This document shows, piece after piece, positions 40,623 through 52,852 of a stretch of DNA of 64,000 nt. This DNA comes from Takakia lepidozioides. Lineage: Eukaryota; Plantae; Bryophyta. A program made the translations under genes and the position numbers. The notes under the pieces were generated by a model that did not search any database, was not told the DNA's origin, and worked only from the letters and a program-made list of their open reading frames with translations. The DNA lies in contig CM060731.1 in the NCBI GenBank assembly GCA_030704615.1, forward strand, positions 63,116,001 to 63,180,000, given 5' to 3'. Position 1 is the stretch's first letter; each line of letters begins with the position of its first letter.

Positions 40623-42020
40623 TTGAGTGTCAACACGGAGGTGCCACTAGTTGCTGGGACAGTGCCGGTTCGAGCACTAGCGATACTAGTGGGTACACGA
40701 GACGAGGTGTGCGGTTTAGGCCACCTTCACCTCCTGTGTCTTCCACGGAAGGTTCTGATTCGGATTGTGAATCAGGAGGACTCATACCGGCGGTGCAAGT
40801 TGTTTCTTTGCCATTGTTGTGGGACACAATGGAGGAGATGTATGGAGCTACCAAGGGGCCACGAAGGTACTCTGGGGCGGTGGGCACCATCGTTGGATGA
40901 TTTTATCCAAGAGTTTGATAGTTGGTGTGATTTGCAGCAAATGCGCAATCCACAACTATTTACGCCTTTCATGGCATGGAAGGGGCTGTTTCAGCACCTT
41001 GAGGGGCCGCCTATGGATGATTACCATGAGTTCAGGCGGGGGCATGAGGTTGAGATCGAGGAGTGGAGGATGTACTGGTCACCCGACTATGTCTCCATCA
41101 CTAGGGGCACTAGAGCCACGAGGGCAGTGGCTACACCTGCCGCTGCACCGGCAGCTTCAGCAAGCAGCAGTGGGACTGGTGGTACAGTAGCTACGACGTC
41201 CACCCAAGCCACTACCGCACCAGCACTAGCACCCGTGCCTGCCTTCAACCCTGTTGTGGAGTTCTTCGAAGAGTTGAGAGGGAACTACCAAGGGGTGAGG
41301 ACAGAGAAGTTGCGGAGCTTGCAAGAGTTCCAACGGAAGCCGACCGAGAGCTTGAGGGAGGCTTTCACTCGCATGAGGCGCTTGATAAATGTAACCCAAG
41401 GGGTTACGGAAGCTCAGGCAGTCCAATTCTGGTATGGGATATTGGACAAGGAGCTGAGGAGAAGGGTGCGGGATGCAACTCTCCTACAAGCGGCCCAACC
41501 CACCTTAGCAAATGTGTTTTTGCTGGCAGAGCGGATAGAGCTCAACATGGTGGAGGAACGAGTGGTCATGGTGGGATTTGCTAAGGAGACACCACGGGGT
41601 AGTGGTGCTCCTAGCCAACCACTACCTCAACGTGCTCAAGGCAACAAGGGGGCTCAGGTGAAGCTCAGGGAAGGGCAGAGAGGACCTCAGATGCAGGGGT
41701 CTCTCCCTTCATTTGCTGGCCAACAACGGGCGGATGTGGTGTGCTGGACATGTGGAGGACCCCATGTCAAGAAGGATTGTCCAGAGGGAGGCAAAGGGCC
41801 GGCACATGCACAGCCTGCACAGTTACAGTGTGGGCATTGTGGCAAACACGGGCATGGAGAGGCTCAGTGTTATGGTTTGCATCCTGAGTTGCGCCCAGGC
41901 CAGTTCCAAGGGAACAATGGTGGCCGGGGGCAGGTGGAGCAGCCCAGAGGGGACGAGGTGGCCAGCCACGAGCCAAGGGCAAGCTCAACGTGGCCAAGGA
42001 CGCGGAGGTCAGGGTGTTGA
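40623..42020 (+). pseudogene. gag: Gag polyprotein (frameshifted) with two CCHC zinc knuckles
   Basis: Retrotransposon capsid-like LQEFQRKPTESLREAFTRMRRL...FWYGILDKELRRRV. Knuckles CWTCGGPHVKKDC (41742-41780) and CGHCGKHGHGEAQC (41829-41870). Confidence 0.85.
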
Positions 42021-42779
42021 CCAAGGCATGGCCAACCGGCTTCAGCAGCTAGAGCAGAGGCTCGCTGCCATGGCTACAGCTCAGGTGGTACCGGCTCTAA
42101 GGCCGGATGGTCCACCTCCTGCTCCTGAGGGAGGAGATATGGGAGGCATGGGATTCATGTGTGGAGCAGCACTACCACTAGTGCAGGTGGAGTCTGCTGC
42201 AGCCGTGACTCGAGGAGCAGCACGAGTTCCTGAGCCACGAGGTGCAGAGGTGGAGTTATCACAGCGTGGGGAGGCAAGCCGTCAGGCTAGGCTTCCTCAG
42301 TCATTCACATTGGCGGAGACAGTGTCGACGCCATCCATGGCACCTAGTTCTCGCCCGACTGTTACCGAGGCGGAGGTTACTATGCCATTGGGGAGAGCTA
42401 CACGGGTAGCACCACTACCTAGTGTTGCCAAGGCTACGGCAGCTAGTGTGCTGCTAGGAGCGGCCACATCTGTGTGCCAGGCTCCATTGTTCTCGGCTAC
42501 CATGATTGCGACGCCGGGGGTAAGACCAGCTGAGGTGTTCAGGCTGGCAGCTACACTCTGTGAGAGTGGGGAGGTTACTTCATCTTCTGCGGAGATAGTG
42601 GAGGTGTAGTGCCGGAGGGATCCTCGGATTTGAGGGTCAAGACTGCCACGGCGGCGCCATGGCAAGCTGCAGCTGCCAGGTTGATGGAGCTGCCAGCTAG
42701 GCCAGCCATTGAGCGCGCCATGGTGACACCTGGAGTTGTCATGTTAGACAACCAGGATGACATTTTCTGTTTGAGTGGA

Positions 42780-43130
42780 CCGGCAGGCAAGAGGTACCGG
42801 CCACTGCGGGTCTTGTTGGACTCGGGAGCTCAGCCATTGATGCTGGCAGAGCTGCTATTGCAGGCTTGGGCCTCACGGAGGCGGATATGGAGCCTTGTCC
42901 TTTCCAGATACAGACGTCTTTGGGAGGATCGGAGCAGGCTCGGGGCATGACACGGCGTGAGTTGGCTATCAGACTACGGCCGGATCACCCTACAGATGGC
43001 TCAGTGATGCGAGCCAAGGCCATTGTGACAGACGCAGTCTCATACGATGTCCTGGTTGTGGGGCAGTGTTGTACCCCATGGGCTTCACCCTGGATTTTTG
43101 GGAGGAGTCAGCTTCCTATAGGCCTGCATG
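42780..43130 (+). pseudogene. Retroviral-type aspartic protease
   Basis: RVLLDSGAQPLM (DSG at 42819-42827), IQTSLGG flap, and YDVLVGG across a 1-nt frameshift. Confidence 0.8.
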
Positions 43131-43527
43131 GCAGTCAGGGGAGGGCCGGCGTGTGCAGCTCCCTGTGACGTTCATAGGAGGAGTTGCGGTTGCCCAGCGA
43201 GGCAAGATCCGACACTAGCAGCATTCACAGCGGCAGTGAGTTGGCCTAGAGAGTTGCTTGAGGGCAATGCTCATTCAGAGGATGTACCACCTCCGGAGAG
43301 CAGGATGACATGTATGGTATGGCGGAGTTGCCTACCATGGTTGCTCAGACTCCATTGTGGGGCACGAGCAAGGATTTGCAGCGGGATGCTGATCGACGGG
43401 TGCAACAAGCCTGGGTGGAGGCTTTTGTACCGTCAGGAGAGGAGGAGAGTGTGGGGATTGCACCAGGACCACCTCAATTGTCTCCATTGGACACCACACC
43501 TATTGTGTGGCAGTATCCGGATGAAGG

Positions 43528-44490
43528 CATTTGTCTTCTGACTTGTTTGGCGGGATCAGCACCGGATTGGCTGCTGTGTTACAAGCAGGTGTACGAGTTG
43601 GCGTTACCTGTATGTGGAGAGGGATGAGACTGCACGACGCGTTTCACTTCGCCATGTTGCTCAGTTGGTGCAGCGGTACCCTGAGTTGTTGTCGGTGTCT
43701 GCAATTCGTGGATATCAGCAGGCCTTGCCAGCAGACATTTCGTTGCTGGGGGCGCAGGATTTGGAGCGGGTTGGCTCCATTGATCTGGTAGTGGCAGGTT
43801 GGCCCTGCCAAGGGCATTCATCAGCCGGGCATGGCAATGGATTGCGAGACTCGAGGTCGGGTCTGTTTTGGGAGATGGTGCGGGTTTTGCGCCACTTGCA
43901 GCTTCATCAAGCTGTATCTCCAGCATACATCTTGGAGAATGTGCCACTGATGGGCGATTCTCGGGCCAGGGTGATGGCCAGTGTGCATCAAGTCCGGTCG
44001 TGGCTTGGGTCAGCAGTGTTGCTAGATGCAGCTACAGTGGGGTCACGGCTCATCGTCCACGGCTATGGTGGACTAACTTGATGCCACCCGCACTGCTCAA
44101 GCGTGCATTTGATGGGTGCAGCGGCCAGCACATCTCACAGTGGATAACATTCTGGACACAGGGAGGCAGTCTCAGCGTGTGAGACACGATGACCGTTCGC
44201 CTTTGGCAGTGGTCAACAAGGTGGGTCAACCACGGGCAGCATTACCTACACTGCTCAGCTTCCCAGGATCGCATGCTTTCCGGGATAGTGGACCTGGCCT
44301 CCTGTGGGATGCTCAGTTGCAGCAGTTAGTGGAGCCTAATGCTGACGAGCGTGAGCGGGCAATGGGTTTTACCACTGGTACCACGCGGTGTCGTCTCTTT
44401 CTGAGGCATCACGTCGTCAAGTGTTGGGGCAAGCAATGGATCTCAATTGCTTGACCTGGATTATCAGCTTGGCTCTAGCTGAGCAACGCA
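43528..44490 (+). pseudogene. C5-cytosine DNA methyltransferase domain (DNMT3/DRM-like motifs, canonical order) in the Gypsy pol
   Basis: Motif I (D)LFGGISTG (~43541-43566), II YVERD, III DI, IV VVAGWPCQGHS (PC at 43803-43808), VI ILENV (ENV at 43935-43943), VIII AHRPRLWWTNL (44048-44080), IX ERERAMGF (44347-44370), X RRQVLGQAMD (44412-44441). About five 1-nt frameshifts. Confidence 0.92.
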
Positions 44491-44899
44491 GAGTGCGGAG
44501 TACACTTCCCTCAATGGTCTCTCTGCCTACCGAGACGGTTCAGCAGTGAGTGGGGGCGAGCATGTGAGGACCACGGGGTGCATGCATCCATGGCACACGT
44601 GGGAGGTGCTCGAGGTCAGAGGGAGTTGGCAGCCAGGCGGCTGTGATAGATGAGGTTGGGGATTCTTCTCGGGTTGAGGAGGTCCTCAATGATGAGATGA
44701 TGGGGCAGGATGAGGTCTTGTCATTGACTGAGCAGGGGGAGTACTGCTCAAGAGGTTGCAGCATAGTAACCACGGGACGCGTCCTCTACCTCTAAGCCCA
44801 CTGGACTTAAGGTTGTAGTTACGGAGGACAATTGGGAGCCTGACATTGGACCCATTGTCACCGGAGGAGAGAGACGACGTATACGGCGGTTCTTGAGGG

Positions 44900-45533
44900 C
44901 TTACAGGAATTGCTTTGCCTTCAGTTTGAAGGACTTGGGAGCACTGAAGGTCAAGAGATCCGTATTGAGTTGGCCACTGACACGCCAATCTTTCGGAGAC
45001 CCTATAGATACAGTGACATGGAGAGGTCTTTGATTCAGATGAGGACTCAAGATCTCTGGGAGGCAGGTTTGGTGGAGCTCTCTGGTGGAGAGTATGCTTC
45101 AGCCACAGTGATGCCAGCCAAGAAGGATGTCTATGGCAATTGGACGGAGAGACGTATGTGCGGTGATTACCGGCCTGTAAATCGTCAGACCAAGTCCGAT
45201 AAATATGCCATGCCAACACCAGAGGAGATCTTTGATGCCATCGGGCATGCTAAGGCCTTTAGCACTTTGGATTTACGATCCGGATATCACCAGTTGCCAA
45301 TCAAGAAGGCGGACAAGCAGAAGACGGCATTCTAGGGGATCAATGAGCACGGCAAGGATTGCCTATACCAGTGGCGGTTCTTACCATTTGGGCTTAAGAA
45401 TGCTCCTGCAGAGTTTCAGAGAGTCATGGATAGGATTCTAGCAGGGGTGGACTTTGCTCGGTGCTACATAGATGACATCATCATCTTTAGTGTTACGATG
45501 GAGGAGCATGAGAGACACCTTCAGGTGGTACTG
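44900..45533 (+). pseudogene. Ty3/Gypsy reverse transcriptase (truncated; one TAG at 45333-45335)
   Basis: PIFRRPYRYS...YASATVMPAKKD...RMCGDYRPVN...FSTLDLRSGYHQ...KTAF*...LPFGLKNAPAEFQRVMD...YIDD (45465-45476)...HERHLQVV. Confidence 0.95.
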
Positions 45534-46145
45534 TTAATCCTCCACTGAGGTGCGGCGATTTTGATTTTGAGATTTTGAAGTGTCGGATGGCTCTTCAAGC
45601 TATCAATGTGATGAAACCTTTCCTGCAATTTGCTGTGACATTTAATGTAAGTAAGGCTCACAATATGTTGGCCCTTATACTTGATCCCCGCTTCAAGGGG
45701 CTGAAGTGCATCACCCAATATATTGGAGTTGAGAAGGCTCGTGCCATTGTGCAAGAGTATGATAGGAAGGTGTTGATTCTTTTTCTGGTTAAGGTGCATG
45801 CGAAGCTGAATCCTACAATGGCAAACTGTGCCCACCCGCACAACCAATTCCTGGCAATGCCTTGTTTGGTGCTCTGACATCCGGTGAAGAATCTTGCGAG
45901 GGGTTATTGGCTGCTGAATTGTCAGTTTTTCGTCGCCTTACTATACTAGCAGATTGCTACGATGCTCCTTTAATTTGGTGGCATTTGAATGCTAGTCAGT
46001 TTCCTTCTTTGTCATATCTTGCTCGACAAATACTTGCCATTCCAAGATCCCAGATTGAAACGGAGCGAATTTTTAGTGTTGCTGGTGTTCTCACAGCTTT
46101 GCGGTGTTGTCGGCTTGGGCTTTCCAATCTAGATAGTCTTCAGCT
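45534..46145 (+). pseudogene. hAT transposase C-terminal fragment (dimerisation domain)
   Basis: LALILDPRFKGL and PLIWWHLNASQFPSLSYLARQILAIPRSQIETERIFSVAG...RLGLSNLDSL. Confidence 0.9.
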
Positions 46146-46639
46146 TATGATGTTTGAGTCTTGTTATGTGATCTTCTCATTCATGCTTTGCATGTATAAT
46201 GATGCATGATCTGTATGTATTGGAAACCCTTGATGTCACATGGAATTCAGCCTGTCTGTGTCGTGAGAATAAACTTCATACCTGGGTTGATATCTGTCTG
46301 GTGTGTCGTGAGAATAAATTACTTCATACCCGGGTTGATATCTGTCTGGTATTGCACAATTGAACCAAACCCTATTATCGATACCACATACTGGTTCTTG
46401 CAAAATGCAATATTTATACCCGTATTCTATATCCTTGTTTTGCAATACCTAGGGCCATACCTGTGTTCACATTTCAAAACAAATCAAGCCCCGGACCCGG
46501 CTGGTATGTTAAAAATTCAATACCAGTACAACATTGCTCTATACCCGCTTATGATTTTATTCCGTTTTGAAAACATATAACTCCCATGACCGTGGGTTGC
46601 GCTCACGCGAGCGTGCACGTGCTCACATAATACCAACCC

Positions 46640-47620
46640 CCTAGTTTAATCACCATGATGGAGCGTTGTACACTATTCATTCATCCATTTGCTTATTAGA
46701 TGGCCTTTACAAATTTTAGCAGTTTTTGGGTCAGTCAACCACTTCCAAGGTGGTATGTGCCCATTACCACTAGGCTACAACTTGGTTGTCAAAATAAATG
46801 TATGAATAGCGTACAACCATGCCAGATTAGACTAGACTTTTCTCAAATCGAAAACGCGGGGTGTCTCATTTTTTCGGACAATGATCCGGTGCGGTATTTT
46901 CAAAATCCAATATTTGTTGGTTCTTGATAAAGTGTGGCTATCTCTAAAATGACACCCACACCAAGACAAAATAAGGTTTAGACTGTTTTTGGGTTCAATC
47001 CACCCTTGGTGTCACAACGGTGTCCACCTTTTTAGCAGAAGGCAGTAACCTTCGGGGTGAAGAGACACATAATTTACGCTTCATTGGGGAGGCGTCAAAT
47101 ATTATTATTATTATTCATACGTTTACTTGTTTGTCCACCTTTACAATATTTAATAGTTTTGTCATATCTCTACACAACCGTCAAATGACTCCGCCTTTGT
47201 TTTTCGTCTTGGTGTGGGTGTCACGTTAGACATAGCCATGCTTTATCGAGAACGGACAGATATTGGGTTTTGAAAAAGTGGTACCGGATCATTGTCCGGA
47301 GAATACAAAAATGAGATACCCCATGTTTTTCGATTTGAATAGGGCCCACCCCCGGAAGGGGCAGTAGCTGTGAGGCGAAGTGGCTCTTAGTTACGGTTGT
47401 ACACTATTCATTCATTTACTTGTTCGTCCGCCTCAATATCTAATAGTTTTGTCATCTCCCTAGAAAACCGTCAAATGACTCGCTGCACCTTGTTTTTTTG
47501 TCTTGGTGGGGGTGTCACGTTAGAGAGAGCCATGCTTTATCAAGAACCGACGGATATTGGATTTTGAAAAAGCCGCACCGGATCATTGTCCGGAGATACA
47601 AAAAATTGAGATACCCTATT
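46640..47620. repeat. Repeat family shared with 34.9-36.4 kb; one inverted and two direct copies
   Basis: ggtgtcac.ttaga...gatattgg.ttttgaaaa...ggatcattgtccggaga..caaaaa..gataccc at ~47200-47338 and ~47500-47617; reverse complement at ~46843-46972. Confidence 0.8.
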
Positions 47621-47898
47621 TACAAAACATTGTGGCAGAATCACCATGCTTCCTTGTACACTAATCCTTCATTCATGTGTGCTCAAGCAATGGATAAATG
47701 AATGAACTTTCAGGAGGCTTGGTTCATCCAATAATTGTGTCTGTTCATACATGGATGAAAAGTCGATGGAATGAAGGAGTAAGACAGATTGTTTACGTAA
47801 ATGAGGGATTTGGAATAAATAGGTAAGAAAACCATTTATATAAGTCAACGAACGGACGCAGTAATGTGTGGATTGACCCCAACTGAGCGAATTGACTC

Positions 47899-48096
47899 TT
47901 GGACGATAAATGCGCGGATTGACTTACGTGGAATGTACAAATTGGGATGAATCGACGAATGATTTGGACGATAAATGCGCGAATTGACTTACGTAGAGTG
48001 TACAAATTGGGATGAATCGACGAATGATTTGGACGATAAATGCGCGAATTGACTTATGTAGAATGTACAAATTGGGATGAATCGACGAATGATTTG
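47899..48096. repeat. Three tandem 65-bp units
   Basis: ggacgataaatgcgc at 47901, 47966 and 48031. Confidence 0.92.
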
Positions 48097-51000
48097 GGGA
48101 TTTAGATGTATAAATGGGCACAGAACGCGCAGTGCATTAGGGTTAGGGTTTCGCTCGTTTGTAGAGCTATGAAGGTCTGGGATTCTTTCCCCTGTGCCCT
48201 CGTGGTAATGGTCGAAGATGAGGGGGTTCCAGGAGTTTTTCATTTACGTCTGAATCGATACTGGTGAATGTCTGCAGTTTTTTGACTCTTGGAACTCGTA
48301 CCTCTCAGGCTGGGTTTTTTTTGTACTCTATCTCTCCCTAGAGAGTCCCATTTTTCTTGGTGCGAAAATTTCAGAATTCCAGTGCGTAGTGCGTACTGTG
48401 CTGGAGCCACTCTATCGGAGGTGGCAGAGGGAGCTCGAATTTTTTTGGCTGAAGAGCTTAGCGAACCGTGGGTCCAGGGTTTCCATCTCTCAAGGTAAGA
48501 TTATGTGATTTTTTTCTATTGGGAGACCGAAAGTGTGGTTGTTTAAGTTAAGGTAATTGTGAACCTTGAAATTCAACGAGTCCATGTACAAATTCTTCAT
48601 CTGCACACTGCAATCTGTTTACTTGAAATCTACCTATGGACACCCTCATCATTTTGCTCGGGGAAAATAAATTACAGCCGAAGTTTTAATATGCACCTGA
48701 GCTCATTTCCGAATTGGAAGACGTGAACATCCAGGATATCCTATGAACCTTGCCTTGGAATTACCCCAGACGCTGATCCCACCAGGACCAATTCAGTAAG
48801 TCCAACTGCAACATAAAGCTCTCATTGAAAGCCAATCCGAGTTGCAGGATTACGCACTTAGGGCTTACCCCAATCTTCGATGCAAATGCCAGAGGAGATG
48901 ATAATGTACTGATTGTTGTCTGCTTCACATACGCTTGTGACCAATTGGGCCAAGGGAGATAAAGGTACCTTGCAAGTTACAAATGCTTGTTGTGCGAAAA
49001 AACAACACATTCAATTTTGAGAAGCAGGCTGCATCAATGGTTGATACTTAGTAATGTCAACCACCTTCACATATTCTTGTGGCCAATTCGGCCAAGGGAT
49101 ATCAAGGTAGAACAGAGGTGTGCCCATGGAAAGATACTTATTCAGTAAATATGTGGAAGTGTAACATTCACGAGACTGGACAGAACCTGTAAGTAACAAA
49201 TGCTTATTGTGAGAGAAAAACAACACATTGTCTGCTGGCAATTTTGAGAAGCAGGCTGCATTAATGGTTGATATGTAGGAATGCCCACCATCTGCTAAGT
49301 AACTAAAGTGTCTTCTCAACGAAATTTGAGCCCAGAGTTCAGCATCCTTACTAGTACACAAGAAGGAGAGTTATCTATCATCAGCAGAAGAGGCTTTTTG
49401 GGTTGGCAGAACAGCAAACTGAGGTGGTCTGTGGCCATAACATAGGCATCTGATAACTCAGGAGTCCCCGCACAGGAGCCATGTAGCGCCACAACACCAC
49501 AATGTGGGCAGTGGAAGTAAGCCGATCCAGTAAGAGAGACCAAGGTCGGATCAGCTGACACATAACAACTCTATCTTCATCCAATGGTTCGGGTTTGTTT
49601 CATTCGTGCAGGTGGTTCTATTGTTTTCCATGGCTCCTTTGGTCGTCCCATGGTTCCTTCTTTGTTTCTCCTGTTTTACAGTGTGGTAATGTGGCACATC
49701 AAGTAGAGGGAGATAGCAGCTGGGGACATATAACAGAAGACTTGAACAAGTACAAAGTATGGCCTGTGATCATCCTCCCTGTAGGCAGAAGGTTATTTTT
49801 GCTGCAATCTGTCAATTTTGGGCTGAAATTCATGCCATGGTGGTTTCAGTACTTTGGCAGGGTAAGATTGCCAAAGGGAAAATCATAAACTAGGGATATC
49901 ACATGTCAGAATCACCTGACTATTGGATCTTTCAGTGGTTGGAGTGCCATCTGCATCAGAAAAGACCCTGTAATTAGTCAGCAAATTGCAATATGGAAAG
50001 ACAGCACAACTGAAGCGACCATCTGCAAGTTTGTTTCTTTATCAATTGGACAATCGTTCAAGGTCATGGATTACTAATTATAAAATGTGGTTCTGCATAC
50101 TGGGCAAAGAAAAGGGAGCAGCTTAAGTAACGCCAATGTTGTGAAGATGGGTGGAATAAGCCACCAATATGTCTCAGAGTCATTATTTGCAAGGCTACAC
50201 AATTTCTGAGATGTCATGCTTTGCCATCAAAGAGATGCTGTAGCCTTTATCCCACAGGGTACCATACCTCCCAGTGGTGACCAGGGAGCACTACCCTAGT
50301 TCTTCGACAGCCAGCGGTATCTGATTCACGAGTCTGAGCTTTAGTCTGCTCGCTCGAACAGTCTGGATAGAGAGACAAACCATACTCGATGTGGCTGATA
50401 CTCAGAATCCTCATTTACTGTCACTCTGAATTGGTGAAAAGTCAAGTGAAGTTCTCCTTGATCTCCCTGTTACCTTGTGGAGTGTCAAGAATCTTTGTTT
50501 CAACTGCAACAGGTGATTGCTTTTATGTACATCTGCAACTCCATTTCTTTTGTGGATTGTATCCTCACAGAAATTGTAGCCTGCTTATGCCATTGGCACT
50601 TAAGATGTCTGGGGTGCATTAAGTGCCCAGTTCAAGACAAAGTGTCACCCCATTGCAAAGAATTCGCCTGCACCCATGCCTACTTACATGTTGGCTGGCA
50701 TTCACAGTGCGCGCATTGTTGCTTTACAAGTCAGTTGCATAATTTCCAGCTTTGCAAACTTGCCACTGCTCTGCATAAATCTGCATAAAGTTTAAAAACC
50801 ATGGAAGAGATGGATGTCTCTGGTTTCACAACTGTCATTGTGATTTGGATGTAAGCTGACTTTCTGGTTGTGGTGCAGTATGACAATAGTGTGAATCTTT
50901 GATTGATCAAGCAGGCAGAAATTGGATGACAGAACTGATAAAATCTCTGGAGAAGGGGTTTCCAAGCGGCAGACAAATCATCATAGTGCTTGCTGCTCTT

Positions 51001-52852
51001 CTTTAACTAAAGATTATCTACAGACTGGGAGTGATGTCCTTGTAATCACCATGACCTTAAAACTCACCGGATCGTTGTGACCATATCAGGAGGGAGAATA
51101 ACACCATCCACTGCGAGATCGACTATGGAACTTAAGAACATTATCATTCTCAAGGAATATATTCCCTCAGGTTACCAGTTACTTCTGTGTGAAATGATCA
51201 GTATGCTGGATCTAACAACTGAGAAGCCAAGAGTACCAGCGACCTGTGCACCTGCTGAAGATGGAGAACAGATTTTTAGCAAGTCTAAGGGACACAAAAG
51301 AAAACTTTGAAAGCGAGCTACTGTAACCTTGGAAGCCAAAACATTGCTCGCTTATTACAAAGGGGAAAGGAACAAAAGGCGTGTACACAGAGACCAGCAG
51401 ATAGAGGAGATAGAGTAGCATGCAAGAGAACCTCTATCCCACGGCATTCGTTTGAGGGTCTAGAATGCCTGAAGCTGATCTCAGATATCTCATTCTTGAT
51501 CCCAGCTAGGGTTTTTCAACTCCAAACCACTAAATAGCATCCGAGTCATGCTCCGATGAAGAAGCTATGATTACTACGGAGCTGCCCATGTTATCTCTGG
51601 TGAATTTCCTTGGCTAGTGTAGGGAATCAGCTCATGGGTTACATTCGGCTCATTTGTTTTGAAAGATCCAACTCAAACACCAACAATCAAAACAGTTCCA
51701 TCCATGAGATATCTATGGATTCTCCTGAACGTTCCTCTCCTGAGAGCCACAACAAATCTCTGAAGAGAAAACACATTATTTCACAGCATCGAAGTGACGC
51801 TCCGTTTCCCTTGTTGGCTGGGTTTGCATTTAGATGCCAAACTAGTGAGAATGCAGATGCTGACAGTCGCCTGATCGTCAAACAACCTCAGTAGAAGAAA
51901 AATTGGATATCATCTTCTCTACCCGATATGTGGTAGCCTGAAGGTTTGGATTGTTTTTCGACACATTGAAAAGTCTACCAAATGCCATTCAGAGTGGCAG
52001 AAGGGGCCATCAATTCCAGCACTGGTTGGAGGCCATGTCTCTGCTTCAAGCAACTGATGGCATAAGCTGGTTTCTGTCAGCATAAAAATGTATCTGCATC
52101 TGCTGTGGTTTACTTCACATACACTGCTGAAGCTTCAAATCTGCTGTTTCGACACAGGAGAGACAATAAGACTTGGAAGTAGAAAAGTGGTCTGTATTTC
52201 GATTTTTTTCTCCATTCCTTAAGGCAGCACTGTGCAGGTTCAGGTAGCAACTAGCAACCTATGCGAACTCCTCTCTGAAATGCAACAAAGTTATGACCTG
52301 CATGTGTCTGCCTCCCAATCCCCACCCTCCAAACTGTGCAACAGTTTACCATCTCCCAGAAAAATTGTCCACTGATTCTATCCCAGCCATCCATCCAAAA
52401 TTAGGATAGGAAGTATCATACAACAAGTTGTTCGTGAATCTGTTGACCCTGGGTGGGTGCTAAAGCAGCTGTTCCACAGCGACTGCTCGAGGGACGAACC
52501 AAAAGTGTCAAAAAACACCCCCAGAAACAATGTGCGTTCTAGAAACAGCTCACAGTCAAGATAATTTACAATCCTCTGGTGAGATCCCAGCTATGCCATC
52601 AGAATGTGCCATGGTCATCGACGTCTGACTGAGACTGAACAGTTCCCTGCCAGTGGAATAGGTATGATGTCAAGGAGAGTAACTTCAGGAGCCAAAACAT
52701 TGCAGACATCGGTTGGGATATTCAGGGCTAGACAGAGCTGGATTGAACTGCGAGATCCTCAAAAAATTTCCCTCAAAAGTGGTGACATACACCAACCTCT
52801 TGAGTTCAATCTTGGAACCCCCAATCAAATTCCGAGGATGGGGTCATCGCCA

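Larger units (their letters stand above)
37023..45533 (+). mobile_element. 3'-truncated Ty3/Gypsy LTR retrotransposon encoding a C5 DNA methyltransferase (gag-PR-DNMT-RT)
   Basis: Gag with zinc knuckles, a DSG protease, DNMT motifs and Gypsy-type RT, collinear on the + strand. The 5' boundary is inferred at TGTTACCCTA (37023) and is uncertain. RNase H, integrase and the 3' LTR are missing. Confidence 0.85.
36914..46536 (+). mobile_element. hAT DNA transposon, internally deleted, carrying a nested Ty3/Gypsy
   Basis: Perfect 8-bp TSD CTCTATAC (36906-36913 and 46537-46544). Imperfect 17-bp TIRs (GAGAGTTGTATTGGTAT vs reverse complement CAATGTTGTACTGGTAT, 13/17). The hAT transposase C-terminus lies just inside the right end. 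Confidence 0.85.

Noticed and set aside
43528-44490. Host DNMT3/DRM gene or bacterial restriction-modification MTase
   Set aside because: No introns, UBA/PWWP domains or partner nuclease; it is collinear between the Gypsy protease and RT.
45465-45877. In-frame RT-hAT transposase fusion protein
   Set aside because: The RT frame hits TGA at 45546-45548 and the hAT ORF is in a different frame.
46590-46645. Helitron 3' end (hairpin followed by CTAG-T)
   Set aside because: The CTAG belongs to the neighbouring repeat family (also at ~35127 and ~36394), and no 5' TC end or helicase was found.
48137-48151. Telomere-like TTAGGGTTAGGGTTT
   Set aside because: Only two units; at most a telo-box, with no gene that I can link to it.
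49300-49700. Cys-containing minus-strand frames (FHCPHCG...HGSC)
   Set aside because: Too short and interrupted to assign a zinc-finger gene.
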